64,000 nt of DNA from NCBI RefSeq assembly GCF_006345805.1, contig NC_043012.1:20832001-20896000 (forward strand), read 5' to 3'. The DNA is from Octopus sinensis. Lineage: Eukaryota. This document shows positions 25,926 to 39,745 of this stretch, piece after piece. The translations under genes and the position numbers were made by a program. Every line of letters starts with the position of its first letter. Position 1 is the first letter of the stretch. Under the pieces are notes generated by a model. It did no database searches. It worked only from the letters and a program-made list of their open reading frames with translations, and was not told the origin of the DNA.

Positions 25926-26868
25926 CCGCATTTGGGGGTTTCCTGGTATCTGAGCTAGGTAGCAATCAGCCCCTTTTGCTATCATTCCCATCGCACCTAT
26001 GACAACATGTATTGTTTTAGTCTTCAGGTTCCACATTTTGTTAATCTCTATTTCAAGATCTTTATATTTGCTCAGTTTTGGGGAGGTCTTGACAGATACG
26101 TTTATATTGATTGGGACAGCCATTTCATTGAGGAGGCGTGATTTTTGTCTGAAGTCTTTCAATATGATATCTAGCCTATTCGCATCTATCTTTCTGTCAG
26201 TTTGAATGGTGAAGTTCCAGAGGAGTGAGATGTGATCATTTTCAAGCAGTGGAGGTGGTTTGTGTTTTATCAGTTTTTATCATGGGGCAAATCCAGAGTT
26301 TTGCAAATTACCCAGTGAATATATTGTGCAGCTCTATCATGCCTGTTGAGATACACTGTAGGCGCAAGAAGACTGCATTTGGAGACAACATGATCAATGG
26401 TTTCATATTGTTGTTGACGTATATGACATTTTGATCTACTGCGGTTCTTTAATATGTTGGCCTGGTAGTTCCTTGTAGGTAGGCATTGATCTTGAGCTCC
26501 TAAGATAAACCCTTTTGTTTCAGATTTTAAGCCAGAGTCCATTAGCCATTGATGGCTCAGGGCATTGTTAACATCGGCATTATTCGCTCTCTTTAGGTAT
26601 TTGCTATTGAGAGGCTTTTCTTGTCATTTATCAGTCAGAATATCTAAGGCAGCAATTTTAGCACGGGTTTTCACGCGCTTAGCTTTTTCTGCGCTTGTTT
26701 CTCGTATGTCTAATTCTGGAATTTGTTGTATTTGGAATTCACTTAGATATCCCTTTGCCTGTTTTGTTACAGAGTATGATGCTTTCTTGTTTTCATGTTT
26801 TGAGACAAGTTTTAACATCCAGTACTCAGATTTTTCAGGTAGGTGTCTAGGCCAATTGTGGCAATATT
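25926..26868 (-). mobile_element. RLE LINE fragment (R4/Dong-like) inside an (ATT)n array
   Basis: SGLKSETKGFILGAQDQCLPTRNYQ, ETIDHVVSKCSLLAPTVYLNRHDR, KLSKYKDLEIEINKMWNLKT; homologous to the 62867-63984 ORFs. Confidence 0.92.
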
Positions 26869-26869
26869 C

Positions 26870-26870
<1 letters not shown>

Positions 26871-26944
<74 letters not shown>

Positions 26945-26946
26945 CA

Positions 26947-27024
<78 letters not shown>
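26871..27024. repeat. (ATT)n microsatellite
   Basis: Directly visible. Confidence 0.95.
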
Positions 27025-27025
<1 letters not shown>

Positions 27026-27026
<1 letters not shown>

Positions 27027-27245
27027 AGACTACGAGCTGGCAGACTCGTTAGCATGCCACCGGATAAGATGCTTAGCGGCATTTCCTCCGTCTTTACGTT
27101 CTCAGTTCAAATTCTGCCGAGGTCGATTTGGCTTTTCATCCTTTCGCTAGTCGATAAATTAAGTGCCAGTGAAACACTGGGGTCGATGTAATTGTCTAGT
27201 CCCCTCCCAAAAATGTCAAACCTTGTATCTTTAGCAGAAAGGATA
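27026..27245 (+). mobile_element. SINE family A, tail type 2
   Basis: GAGCTGGCAG..GTTCAAATTCTGCCGAGGTCG..GTCGATAAATTAAGT..CCCCTCCC..CCTTGT. Confidence 0.85.
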
Positions 27246-27311
<66 letters not shown>

Positions 27312-29302
27312 TATATGAATATCAGAGTGATAAACGTAGTATTGTAGCATTTCTTAATCTCAAATCAAATGCCAGTAGCCTGATTAAAATTATATTCATA
27401 AAAAATAATACAGCGTTTTTGTATAAATTCGTCCAAGAATATGTAAAATTCTTGGCATTGAAGACACTTTGAGAGACCATCATTTGAATTGATGAGTTTC
27501 TGAAAACTGGAGGCTTGAAATTATGTGTAAGATTTTCCCCAGCAAATAAGATATATTCATTCCTGAGAAGTATTCATTTCAGCGCAGTTAGACCGCTTTC
27601 CAGAATTTGCTTCCTCTGTAAACACACATAAACATGAATAAAAATACAGTAAATAGAAGAAATACTTCATTTTTGTTTCCCTCGGTGATGCCACGTATAT
27701 TCTGAATCGCGTGGTCGATGTTTCTCACTGTCTTATATTTTATATTTTTTACAAAGAACATCTTTAAAAATAAATCAATTACAAAGCGTTGATATATTGC
27801 GCAACGGTCATACCTTTACACTTTGAAAACATATCACTAATGTTATAATGTCATAACAAATGATCTCTTCACTAAGGAATAAACTAAGATACGTTAACTA
27901 CAAAATCTTTACTTCGTAGAATCTTCTGCTTACATCTTCACAAGCTAAACTCTTCACGGGATGTCTTTCTGCACTTTTGTAAATAAAACATTCTTGCTCC
28001 TAAGAAATATATATTGTTATTCTGTACTTCGATGCTGAAATATATCCTCATTATAGGAAGTTTTTCAGTTTTTTCCTTTTCTTTCCTTTCCTAGCTTTCA
28101 TTGGAAAAATGGTGTTGATTTATTCTCTTGATTTATTAAATATTTTATTGTGCATTTTATTGGGGTTTTTTTACATTTCATTCTTTTATTGCTATTTTCT
28201 TATTTCTCCATACCATGGTTATTGATGCATTTTTCATTCATGGTTTCTTTTTTTATTTATCTATAAATATATAACTATGTTTAAGCTCTATATCTATTTA
28301 TAGCTAATGTACATTTTCTTCAATCCATATATTTCTTCCCTTTACTGCTGATATTCGTAGAAGACAGGCTCATGTAGGAAAATAACATCTCTAAAAATTT
28401 GCACCACATGAATTGTAAACACACTATTTAGCATTTCATACCTCACCCTCTTTGACAAATATATTCGACCACTTTGCTGATTTTGATTATCAAATCGAAG
28501 TTCATATTCATTAATGTGTCACGACCCCTCTTCGCTTCAAAATGGAACTTATTTCACTGTCAACGATGAGACCATTTAATTAGTTTCGCGATGTTTTCGC
28601 AAGGCTCTTGATATATTTTAGACTTGCCAACTTTCTGCACTGTGCAGAATAGAATTCAATACTTTTGATTGGCTTGTGATTTAAACCATCAACGTTTACG
28701 GTGGATTTTCGAGGAATCGGTATCGACAAAGTCATGCGGACATTGATATTCTGTGCCATTTGTCAATCATGAAGCTCTATACCATGACCGAGGTGTAGGT
28801 AAGCAGAAAATTTTAATAGTAATTTCTTTCTGTTTGTATGCGTCTGTGACTGCATATGCGTGTGTGTGTGTATGTGTATGCGTGTGTCCATGTGTGTCTG
28901 AATCTAAATATTAAACTGAAATATTTTCAGAGTTAAGTTACTTTTCAAATGTCCCTGCTTTACTGCCGCTAATATATAGGCACCGGATAAGAAACAATTA
29001 AAACAGATTCCTCTACAAAGAAAGGCATTCTGCAACACGGGTTATACCAGTGTAATATTTCTGAGTGACATCGAAAATTTTGCTCTTTCATGTGCAAAAT
29101 CGTCAGTTTAGGGTATAAGATTTGCCGACAATTTGTAACTAAATATCCAAGTGAGGATTCAATAATTCTCTTATATATAACTTACAAAGAAAACACTTCA
29201 AACTTTTATTCTTACTCTCCTTCGCTCCTTCTCTCTTTCTCTGTCTATCTGTCTCTATCTTTCTTTCTCTCTGACTCCCTCACTTTTTCCTCCCTTTCTT
29301 AT

Positions 29303-29718
29303 ACTCTTTTACTCTTTTACTTGTTTCAGTCATTTGACTGCGGCCATGCTGGAGCACCGCCTTTAATCGAGCAACTCGACCCCGGGACTTATTCTTTTGT
29401 AAGCCCAGTACTTATTCTATCGGTCTTTTGCCGAACCGCTAAGTGACGGGGACAAACACAGACACACAGACGGGGACATCGGTTGTCAAGCAATGCTAGG
29501 GGACAAAAACAGACACACAAACACACACACGCATATATATATATATACATATATACGACGGGCTTCTTTCAGTTTCCTTCTACCAAATCCACTCACAAGG
29601 CTTTGATCGGCCCGAGGCTATAGTAGAAGACACTCACCCAAGGTGCCACGCAGTGGGACTGAACCCGGAACCATGCGGTTGGTAGACAAGCTACTTACCA
29701 CACAGCCACTCCTGCGCC
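29303..29718 (-). mobile_element. SINE family B, young copy
   Basis: Near-identical to 30560-30977, 38789-39233 and 53577-53985. Confidence 0.92.
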
Positions 29719-29750
29719 TATATATATATATATATATATATGTCTCCATC

Positions 29751-29781
<31 letters not shown>

Positions 29782-29809
29782 CCTTCTTTAAGTATACTAT
29801 TTTTTTTAG

Positions 29810-30191
29810 TTTACTTGCTTCGGTGATTAGACTGTGGCCATGCTGGGCCACCGCCTTGAAGTTTTTGTCGAATAAATCGACCCCAGTACTTATGTTTTAA
29901 ACCTGGTACCTATTCTATCGGTTTTTTTGCCGAACATCTAAGTTAGGGGGACGTAAATACGCCCACACCGGTTGTCAAGTGGTGATGGGGGCGCAAACAT
30001 AGACACATATATATATAAATATTACACGATGTCCTTCTTTTAGATTCCGTCTACCGAATTCACTCACAAGGCTTTGGTCGGCCTGTATATATATAGTAGA
30101 AGAGACTTGCACTAGGTTCCACGCAGTGGGACTGAATCCGTAGCCATGTGGTAGGGAAGCAAGCTTCTTTCCATACAGTCACTCCTGTGCC
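29810..30191 (-). mobile_element. SINE family B, older copy
   Basis: Colinear with the neighbouring copies, more substitutions. Confidence 0.88.
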
Positions 30192-30193
30192 TA

Positions 30194-30496
30194 GACGAGC
30201 GTTCCAGTTGATCCGATCAACAGAACAGTTTGCTCGTGAAATTAACGCGTAAGTAAGTGGCTGAGCACTCCACAGGCACGTGTACGCTTAACGCAGTTCT
30301 CAGGGAGATTCGGCGTGGGACAAAGTGTGTCAAGGCTGGCCCTTTTAAATACAGGTACTACTCTTTTTTGCCAGCTGAGTGGACTGAAGCAACATGAAAT
30401 AAAGTGTTTTGCTCAAGGACAGAACGAGTCACCAGGAATTAAGCTCACAAACTTACGATCGTGAGCCGAATACCCCTAGCCACTAAGCCACGCGCC
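30194..30496 (-). mobile_element. tRNA-derived SINE family C
   Basis: Minus-strand head GGCGCGTGGCTTAGTGGCTAGGG (A box), CORE-like GTCCTTGAGCAAAACACTTTA; possible decayed relative near 58790-58940. Confidence 0.8.
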
Positions 30497-30516
30497 ATCA
30501 TAGGTATACGCGCATA

Positions 30517-30559
<43 letters not shown>

Positions 30560-30561
<2 letters not shown>

Positions 30562-30977
30562 TCTTTACTCTTTTACTCTTTTACTTGTTTCAGTCATTTG
30601 ACTGCGGCCATGCTGGAGCACCGCCTTTAATCGAGCAACTCGACCCCGGGACTTATTCTTTTTGTAAGCCCAGTACTTATTCTATCGGTCTTTTTTGCCG
30701 AACCGCTAAGTAACGGGGACATAAACACACCAGCATCGGTTTTTCAAGCAATGCTAGGGGGATAAACACAGACACACAAACACACACACGTATATATATA
30801 TATATACATATATACGACGGGCTTCTTTCAGTTTCAGTCTACCAAATCCACTCACAAGGCATTGGTCGGCCCGGGGCTATAGTAGAAGATACTTGCCCAA
30901 GATGCCACACAGTGGGACTGAACCCGGAACCATGTGGTTGGTTAGCAAGCTTCTTACCATACAGCCACTCCTGCGCC
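30560..30977 (-). mobile_element. SINE family B, young copy
   Basis: Full head-to-tail match to the other family B copies. Confidence 0.92.
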
Positions 30978-31008
<31 letters not shown>

Positions 31009-31064
31009 TTGTGTGTGTGTGTGTATGTATATATATGCATGTATATATATATAGAGAGAGATAG

Positions 31065-31128
<64 letters not shown>

Positions 31129-31445
31129 CGTTGTGTTTTCTCACTTGATCATTCTCCCTCCGGCACGTTGTTTAAACGCGTGCGTATGAAAGTGCTCCTG
31201 ACGAGTGTGCGTAAAGAAAAACAGGGCAAATATAAGACTGTTGTATTGTTTGTTATCATATGATAACCGCAAATCTTTCGTCAATTATGATCGGCAGATG
31301 AAAATAGATTATTATTATCAGTAAAACTCAACAATTCATGTACAAATAATACCACCGAATACAAGCAGACATAGCGTCTCCCAACAGTTAATTAATTCTT
31401 TTATTGTTCGGTCATTGTTTTGCTGAACCATAAATTTCAATAATA

Positions 31446-31482
<37 letters not shown>

Positions 31483-33781
31483 CGATTACGACTACGACAA
31501 TTACGACGACCACGACGACCACGACCACTACGATGATGAGGATGATGATGATGATAGGGTAATTTATGAGACTTGTCATCTAGATTATCTGCAAAAGCCA
31601 TTGTCTAAGAGAACACGTAAGTAGTATATCTGAAGACATTTTTTCTTGTTTGCATTGTTATTCTTAGTATTCTAGACTACTCTTCACAATGCAATGCTAT
31701 TTCTGGATAAAGTCATTATTCCTGAGAACTCTCAAAGAACGACTCTTAATATTATTTCCTTTATATTCGGTCAACCACGGTACTGTAGCATATTTCCGGC
31801 AAATTTATTTTTGTTGTATGACATTTTATAAAAATGGATGAGAGCTAAAAGAGGTGGAACGTCATGGTTACAAATTCCACGATTCAGTTTCAATAACCAG
31901 ATATGCCATTTCCATTCCGTTACCTGCAAAACAATAATTTAAGTCATTCTTTCATAATTTTGAGAGACATGATCCTTTTATTTCATTCAATTCTACTTTA
32001 TTTTAATTTTCAGATTAAAACGTATATTATTGGTGCATATTTTATTGACTGGTTTAGATCTGAGATTTCAGAAAAATCTGCGGCAAATAACTCTGCTCTG
32101 TCATCGATAAGACGTGCAATAATAAATCCATTTCCCCCTTCAATCTATTTCGAATTTGATATTATCGAATTACTGTGAGTGAATGATTTGTGCTAACCAA
32201 ATTTATTTTATGATAATTTCTCAAGTTACATACTTTACTTACATGTAATTGACATTTAAATTAATCATCTAATCATTGAGGTTAGCTACGTGATGTCTAC
32301 AGCAAACTAATTGTCTTAGCGACAGACATGAATGATTGAATGAGCAAACCCATAATGGTTCTTTAACTATGTTGCAGAGAATACTTTGTTGACGTAAACA
32401 TATTGCCGATAAGACCAGAAAATGCAATTTATTCTTCAAAGTATGTTCGCAATTAAAATATAAATGCATCATGTGTAAAGTGTAGATCTGCCCGGAAATA
32501 ACAATATACCAAAAGGTATCACATGAACAACAAATAGTAGGGTGGATGTCCAGAGCCTAACGTTTTATGTATTTAAACTGCAGCGATATAATTTTTGCTC
32601 ATTTTCTTGAATCGATTCTGAATCCGATGAAACTTATTAACTCACTAACGTCGTCTTCTTCATCCAAGCCATGCACAGCGTATCAACTGCTACCGTTTCC
32701 TTTCTTGCATGGATGTATTTACGTTATTTAGTTCAGTGCACCTCGGCTTACCTTCCATGGCAAGTACAGTTACCAGCTTCTTCAAAGTATTCTCAGGATT
32801 GAAACCCAGATAAAAGTACCCAGAAACCATTTAGTAATATATCTCGAATAGCCTGTATCACCTCAGCTTCGAGATCACGAGGAGTTGACTGTCACTCGAT
32901 ATTATTCAATGTGACTAAACATCCATTGCGTTGCAAGCGATCAATACGTGTAAGTGTGAGTAATTACAAGCTCACCGTACAATGCTTTGCCGAAGAATAT
33001 TTGCGATTGATTCAAGACGCCTGCTTCTATTGTCTATATAAGCAATATTCATTTTACCATTGTTCCGCGAACTCCTCAACGACTAATGCCACTACTTCAT
33101 AGAGGAAGACGGCTAATCGATTTGGAGGTAGATTTTCCCACTGGCGTGATTATCACTGCTATGTCACACAGCTTCTGCCATTTACAATATTGAATTAGAA
33201 AACCTAATAAAACATCGAGAACTTGAAAGTACTGAAAGTTTAATGCCATGTCACTCCCAAGAAAACAGACCAATGATCAAGAGCATGAAACTATAGCCGT
33301 TCACTTTTTCTTTTCTCAGAAATATAATCAATATAGTTCACCGTATTCTTCGTTTTCAGACGGTAGAGAAATTTCAGGGAAATTTCAAAACGATTTCGTT
33401 ATTTCTAGACGCTGCATTGTTGTTTCACACCAACAGAATTTACAGTGTAAGTGTCACAACCATGGACACAGGCAAAGGAATTTGTAAAATTTATTCATAG
33501 GTTTTGAGGTTAAATCTTGTCTAGACATGGAATCAACATTTGATAACTTGCTAAATCAAAAACATGAAAGGAGGAATGAAATAATCAATCCTTCTAGCTA
33601 AGTGACTAAGCAAATTCTAGTTGCAACGCATGCCGTTCCTTCATGATTTTAAGTGCTTGCTTAACATAACAGATGTAAATGAGAGAGAAAATACGAGCAA
33701 ATCCACGAGATTCAACATTTGCAAGTTCGTGATATCAAGTACTATTTTTTTTAACCTCTTGATTTATTGAATACCAACACT

Positions 33782-33794
33782 TAATAATAATAAT

Positions 33795-33835
<41 letters not shown>

Positions 33836-33906
33836 GTAATAATGATGATGATGATAATAATAATAATAATAAAATAATAATAATAATAATAATAATGATG
33901 ATGATG

Positions 33907-33966
<60 letters not shown>

Positions 33967-34517
33967 GTAATGATAATAATAATAAGAAGAAGAAGAGGAA
34001 GGAGAAGAAGAAGAAGAAGAAGAAGAAGTAGAAGAAGTAGAAGAAGAAAATAACAACAACTACATCAATGACAAGATCAATAGTACTACAAATACTACTA
34101 CTGGTACTATTACTACTTATTACTACTACTACTAGTACTACTACTACAACTACTACTACTATTACTATTAATGATAATAATAATATAATAATAATAATTA
34201 TAATAATAATAATAATAATAATGATGATGATAATAATAATAATAATAAAAATAATATAATAATAATATAATAATAATGGTAATGATAATAATAATAAGAA
34301 GAAGAAGAAGAAGAGGAAGGAGAAAAAGAAGAAGTAGTAGAAGAAGAAGTAGAAGAAGTAGAAGAAAATAATAACAACTACATCAATGACAAGATCAATA
34401 GTACTACAAATACTACTACTGGTACTATTACTACTTATTACTACTACTACTAGTACTACTACTACAACTACTACTACTATTACTATTAATGATAATAATA
34501 ATAATAATAATAATAAT

Positions 34518-34564
<47 letters not shown>

Positions 34565-34590
34565 GTGTTGTTGTTATTATTATTATTAGC
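33782..34590. repeat. Compound AAT/GAA/TAC microsatellite with a 318-bp higher-order duplication
   Basis: The block CTACATCAATGACAAGATCAATAGTACTACAAATAC... occurs at about 34060 and 34378; the ORF track shows identical N-termini at 34068 and 34386. Confidence 0.9.
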
Positions 34591-34860
34591 AGTGTTAGTA
34601 TCATCAGCATCATAACCATAAAAGCTTACGTGAGAGAGGATGCATGCGTGGGAAATGTAGAGAAACTTACTTTAGGATAGATAGAGAAAGAGATACACAG
34701 ACAGAGAGTGAGAGAGAGGGAGAGAGAGAGAATGAGAGATAGTGAGTGTCATAATGAATATATAGAACGAATAAATTACTCCGGTAGACATTAGAATAAA
34801 TATTTCCTTGCATATTAACAAAAGGTCGTAACAAGTATCCTCATGTAATATGTATATATA

Positions 34861-34901
<41 letters not shown>

Positions 34902-35046
34902 TATATATACATATTGAACAGTGTTTTCAAGACTACCCTTGATGTTGATGTCGTCGACCACAACTACTACTGCTACTACAACTACTACCACTACAAATAA
35001 CAACAGCAGCAACGACAATAATACTAATAATCATAATAATGCTACT

Positions 35047-35084
<38 letters not shown>

Positions 35085-35102
35085 TAATAATAATAACACT
35101 AT

Positions 35103-35143
<41 letters not shown>

Positions 35144-35499
35144 GGTTGATGATAATGATGATGATGATGATGAGCAGGAGGAGGATGACGATGATAATAA
35201 TGGCAACATCATCATCGTCATCATTATCATCATCATCATTACCAGCGTTACCATTCATCAAAAGTCACCCTCATTTTTCCTCTCAGACGCTGACTTTCAT
35301 TGTCTGGCACGCTTTGTCTGTCACGCAATATCTATGGTTCCTTTATCAACTGCAAACGAACACCTAAAGCCTGTTTTTGTCCTAACAACTGACATATATT
35401 CCTCGTATGCATTTGTGTTAGTATTTATAACTTCCTAATTTCAATGAACATGCCTACGCACACGCAACAACACATGAATACAAGCACAAAAGTATACAC

Positions 35500-35920
35500 A
35501 CACATACAAACATATACATACATATACATACATATATATATATATATATATGACAATATATGTGAATATATATATATTATATATATATATATATAATATA
35601 TATAATATATATATATATATAATATATACATATATATATATATATATACAATATATGTACCATATAAACATTTTATGCCATATATACATATACATAACAC
35701 AGACATGTGAATATGTCTACGTATATACATAAATACATGTGCGTGTTATATACATACATATATATGAGTGTGCATCTGTGTATGTGTGCGTGTATAGTAA
35801 TATATATATATATATATAATGTGCGTGTATATGTTTGTATATATATATATATATATATATACATGCATACATACATATATATAATATATATATATATTAT
35901 ATATACATATATATATATAT

Positions 35921-35972
<52 letters not shown>

Positions 35973-36160
35973 TATATATGATATGTATATGCATATATAT
36001 ATATGATATATACATATATATAATATATATATACGTATATATACGTATATATAATATATATATGTATACATATATATGTTATATATGTATATACATATAA
36101 TATATATACATATATATGTAATATATGTATATGTAATATGTATGTTATATATATGCGCAT
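35500..36160. repeat. Long degenerate (TA)n/(CATA)n region
   Basis: Directly visible. Confidence 0.9.
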
Positions 36161-36635
36161 GTGCATAAGTATGTGTGTATACAGTGTCGTTTAAATTGAG
36201 TGTATATTCCTCTTCCTATGTTTCTGTGTAGATACACGTATGTGTACAAAACTTCGTGAGGATGCACAGCAAAAGTAATTACAATAGTGTGACTCCAGGT
36301 GATATGTGCACGCCTTGTATGTTTGATTATGTGTTTCATACCTATATCTGCCGAAAATGAATACATGTTTTAGCAGACGCCTTTACGCTTACGTGCATGA
36401 GATCTGTTTGTTACAAGCGCAATGCATACGAGAATGTGCGTGTTTAGTTGGAAATTGTTATGTGACTCTGCTGTGAACACTTCTTCACTGTGTATCTTCA
36501 TGTCAGTCAAACTATAACTATTTCTGTATCTTATATCTCAGGAACTCGTAGGTTGAAATGCAACGTAAATAATACGAAACGAAATGAACAGATGATTTGT
36601 ATTGTTAGTAGAAGTAATATTTTAACAACAACAAC

Positions 36636-36702
<67 letters not shown>

Positions 36703-36704
36703 TA

Positions 36705-36748
<44 letters not shown>

Positions 36749-36749
<1 letters not shown>

Positions 36750-36891
36750 CACTAATGGCACTGCAAACATCCTAGGCAAAACACTTTCGATGCAGTAACC
36801 ATAAGGGCATCACACTAAACCGCAACACATGCCCAAGACACACAAACCTGCGCTCGGTAGTGAAGTGAAAGTACGTTATAAAATAAAACTA

Positions 36892-36897
<6 letters not shown>
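36749..36897 (+). mobile_element. RLE LINE extreme 3' end, same family as 61621-64000
   Basis: GGCACTGCA.ACATCCTA.GCA.AACACTTTC and GGTAGTGAAGTGAAAG.ACG.TATAAAA..AAAACTACTGAATAAT shared with 61.8-61.95 kb. Confidence 0.88.
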
Positions 36898-36962
<65 letters not shown>

Positions 36963-37008
36963 TAACAATAACAATAACAATAACAATAACAATAATAATA
37001 ATAATAAC

Positions 37009-37074
<66 letters not shown>

Positions 37075-37077
<3 letters not shown>

Positions 37078-37630
37078 GATGCAGTACCAGGCAGTGGCTC
37101 TCATGGCTTCTGATCTTAACTGATTGGAAGTGTTATCATGTACATTGTTTTGTCTTGGTATAAAAGATGGGCTACAGCAAATATTTTGCTCAATACCACA
37201 GATTTGCTTGTCAGTTGTTTGACCTGAACCAGTTGAGCATGTCCCTTAGTGGCTGACGATATGTGCATCTCTGATCACGAGCAGAAGTAGTGGGGGAGCA
37301 TCATAGCCATATGTTGAGAGGGATTCTTTGGGATTTGAATAATTTACCTCTGGAAACATGGGTGGTTCTTTCAACATCCTTAAACAACCCTTATTCAGGG
37401 ACCTTTTGAGCGGGATGGGCTACTCAACCTGAAGAAAATTCTAACTGGGCCCCACCTGCAAGGTCATGTGCTGTTTATCTTGATATGAGATCACCATGTC
37501 GCGCACATATGGTTGTGATGCATGTGCCTGGTGTACCCTTATCAGACGGGTAGTCATGATGGGTGTATTGGGCTTCGTATATTTTACCCCAGTGTCACTT
37601 TGATGGCATGAACTGCTCTCTCACTCAATG
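37075..37630 (+). mobile_element. About 555-bp non-coding interspersed repeat bounded by (TAA)n (long LINE 3' UTR or non-autonomous element)
   Basis: Second copy at 21148-21390; begins at an AAT array and ends in TGATAATAATAAT; no ORF. Confidence 0.7.
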
Positions 37631-37642
37631 ATAATAATAATA

Positions 37643-37755
37643 GAAAACACCGGGGACGTTTAACAGATAAAATACTGGGGATGTTTATGTTTCACAAGAG
37701 AACCCCGGGGACTTTCAACAAGAGAACACCGGGGACGTTAAACAGAAAAATACCT
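37643..37755. repeat. Degenerate minisatellite, unit about 24 bp (about 4 copies)
   Basis: GAGAACACCGGGGACGTTAAACA-like units. Confidence 0.75.
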
Positions 37756-38350
37756 TTTACCATTTGTGGACGATAAAACATTTCTCCGAAATTTATCCAA
37801 AGCCATGGGGAATAAAAGCAACAAATAAAACCTATAAATAACTGAAAAAGTGTTGGATTATAACAGAGTGATAGTCGTTCAAATTTATTTCTGTTTTCCA
37901 AATGAAATGATGTATTTATAACTTTACTTTTTCCATCATTCTCACAACACATGCAAACACGCTCGCCACATTATTGTTCAAATTAACCAGAGGCCTTCTC
38001 CGTTCCTGACCATTATCATGTAACCCCCTCCTCCAAATGGAAAATAAATTCAACAATTCCCATATTATTCAGTACAAGTAAAACTAACAGGAAATGCGTG
38101 GTTTAAGCTTATTTACACAAAAATTTACGAAAAATTACGCGGGATGTTTAAATGTATATTCTATGATTAAATGCTCGAATTATGAAATGTTATGCGGATG
38201 ACATTGCATTTGTTTGTTCTTTAACCTTAGTTTGATATATATTTGTCTCTTTCAATAGAGCACTTCTATAGCAGTCCTATTAATCTTTTTCTTCCTGACA
38301 AGAAACAATAACTGTTTTAATTGATATATATATATATATATATAATATAT

Positions 38351-38392
<42 letters not shown>

Positions 38393-38399
38393 ATATATA

Positions 38400-38708
38400 T
38401 ATAATTATAATTAAGGGTCAAATGCAACAAGTTGCTCAAGGCTGGGATTTCGTTATTTTCTGCCTTTTTTGCCATATACAGCTTACAAATTCTGTTTGTT
38501 TGTGGAGACTTTTTACTAGTAGAGGAAATGGTGATCAATTTTGGCTGCTATTTCTAATATTTTCGGTATGTGGTTTTGAGCAACTTCTTGCATTTAACCC
38601 TTAATTATAATCATTATAACCCTTACCAAATATGGTCTTTTCCATACCGATAAATCTACTAGGTGAAATTGATTAATTTTATTAAATTAATTTTATTCCA
38701 CCATTTAT

Positions 38709-38710
<2 letters not shown>
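38400..38710. repeat. Foldback-family copy related to 7231-7610, flanked by (TA)n
   Basis: Inverted ends ATTATAATTAAGGGTCAAATGCAACAAGTTGCTCAA / TTGAGCAACTTCTTGCATTTAACCCTTAATTATAAT; shares TTCGGTATGTGGT, ATATGGTCTTTT and GGTGAAATT with the 7.4-7.6 kb segment. Confidence 0.75.
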
Positions 38711-38757
<47 letters not shown>

Positions 38758-38788
38758 TATATATATATACATACATATATACATATAT

Positions 38789-38964
38789 GCGCAGGAGTGG
38801 CTGTGTGGCAAGTAGTTTGCTTACCAACCACATGGTTCCGGGTTCAGTCCCACTGCGTGGCACCTTGGGCAAGTGTCTTCAACTATAGCCTCGGGCCGAT
38901 CAAAGCCTTGTGAGTGGATTTGGTAGACGGAACTGAAAGAAGACCGTCGTATATATGTATATGT

Positions 38965-39010
<46 letters not shown>

Positions 39011-39233
39011 AGTGTGTGTATGTTTGTGTGTCTGTGTTTGTCCCCCTAGCATTACTTGACAACCGATGCCGGTGTGTTTATGTCCTCGTTACTTCGCGGT
39101 TCGGCAAAAGAGACCGATAGAATAAGTACTGGGCTTACAAAAGAATAAGTCCTTGGGTCGAGTTGCTCGATTAAAGGCGGTGCTCCAGCATGGCCGCAGT
39201 CAAATGCCTGAAACAAGTAAAAGAGTAAAAGAG
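38789..39233 (+). mobile_element. SINE family B, young copy
   Basis: GCGCAGGAGTGGCTGTGTGG..GGTTCAGTCCC..ACCTTGGGCAAGTGTCTT..AAACAAGTAAAAGAGTAAAAGAG. Confidence 0.92.
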
Positions 39234-39252
39234 TATACATACATACACACAT

Positions 39253-39294
<42 letters not shown>

Positions 39295-39705
39295 CTATAT
39301 ATATATATATATATATATATATCCATATATGTATGTATGTATGTATATAAGATTTGATGTGTAAAAGCACAGAAATCTTGTTTACGTAAAATGTGCGAAA
39401 AATTACGCATGATTATGTGAGTGACTGATGAGTCACCTATATTGACAAGTGTGGTAGCAGATGTAACATTCTGACCGGCCATAACCAATGAAGTACCACT
39501 TGACTACATGATATATATATATGTGTGTGCGTGTATATATATATATATATACGAGTGAGTGAACAAACGAAAGAAGGGCACTCTAAAAATTTATTGCGAG
39601 TTACAGATATGGACTAAAAAAGTTTGATTCAAATTCGTTGGTATCCATCAGCCATTTTGAAATTGTATATATGTATCTGTGCATGTGTGTGCGCGTGTAT
39701 GTGTA

Positions 39706-39745
<40 letters not shown>

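Noticed and set aside
27430-27616. Minus-strand acceptor TGTGTTTACAG|AGG followed by unique sequence
   Set aside because: All three frames stop within about 20 codons and no partner exon was identified
28622-28798. Plus-strand acceptor/donor pair (TTTTAG| ... |GTAAGC)
   Set aside because: No open frame across it; such sites occur by chance in AT-rich DNA
37643-37755. Spaced 24-bp repeats as a CRISPR array
   Set aside because: Contiguous degenerate units without unique spacers, eukaryotic context and no cas genes
38789-38860. tRNA gene
   Set aside because: A/B-box-like head continues into a SINE body; no complete cloverleaf
39421-39440. GTGACTGATGAGTCAC hairpin containing CTGATGA
   Set aside because: No downstream GAAA or cleavage triplet
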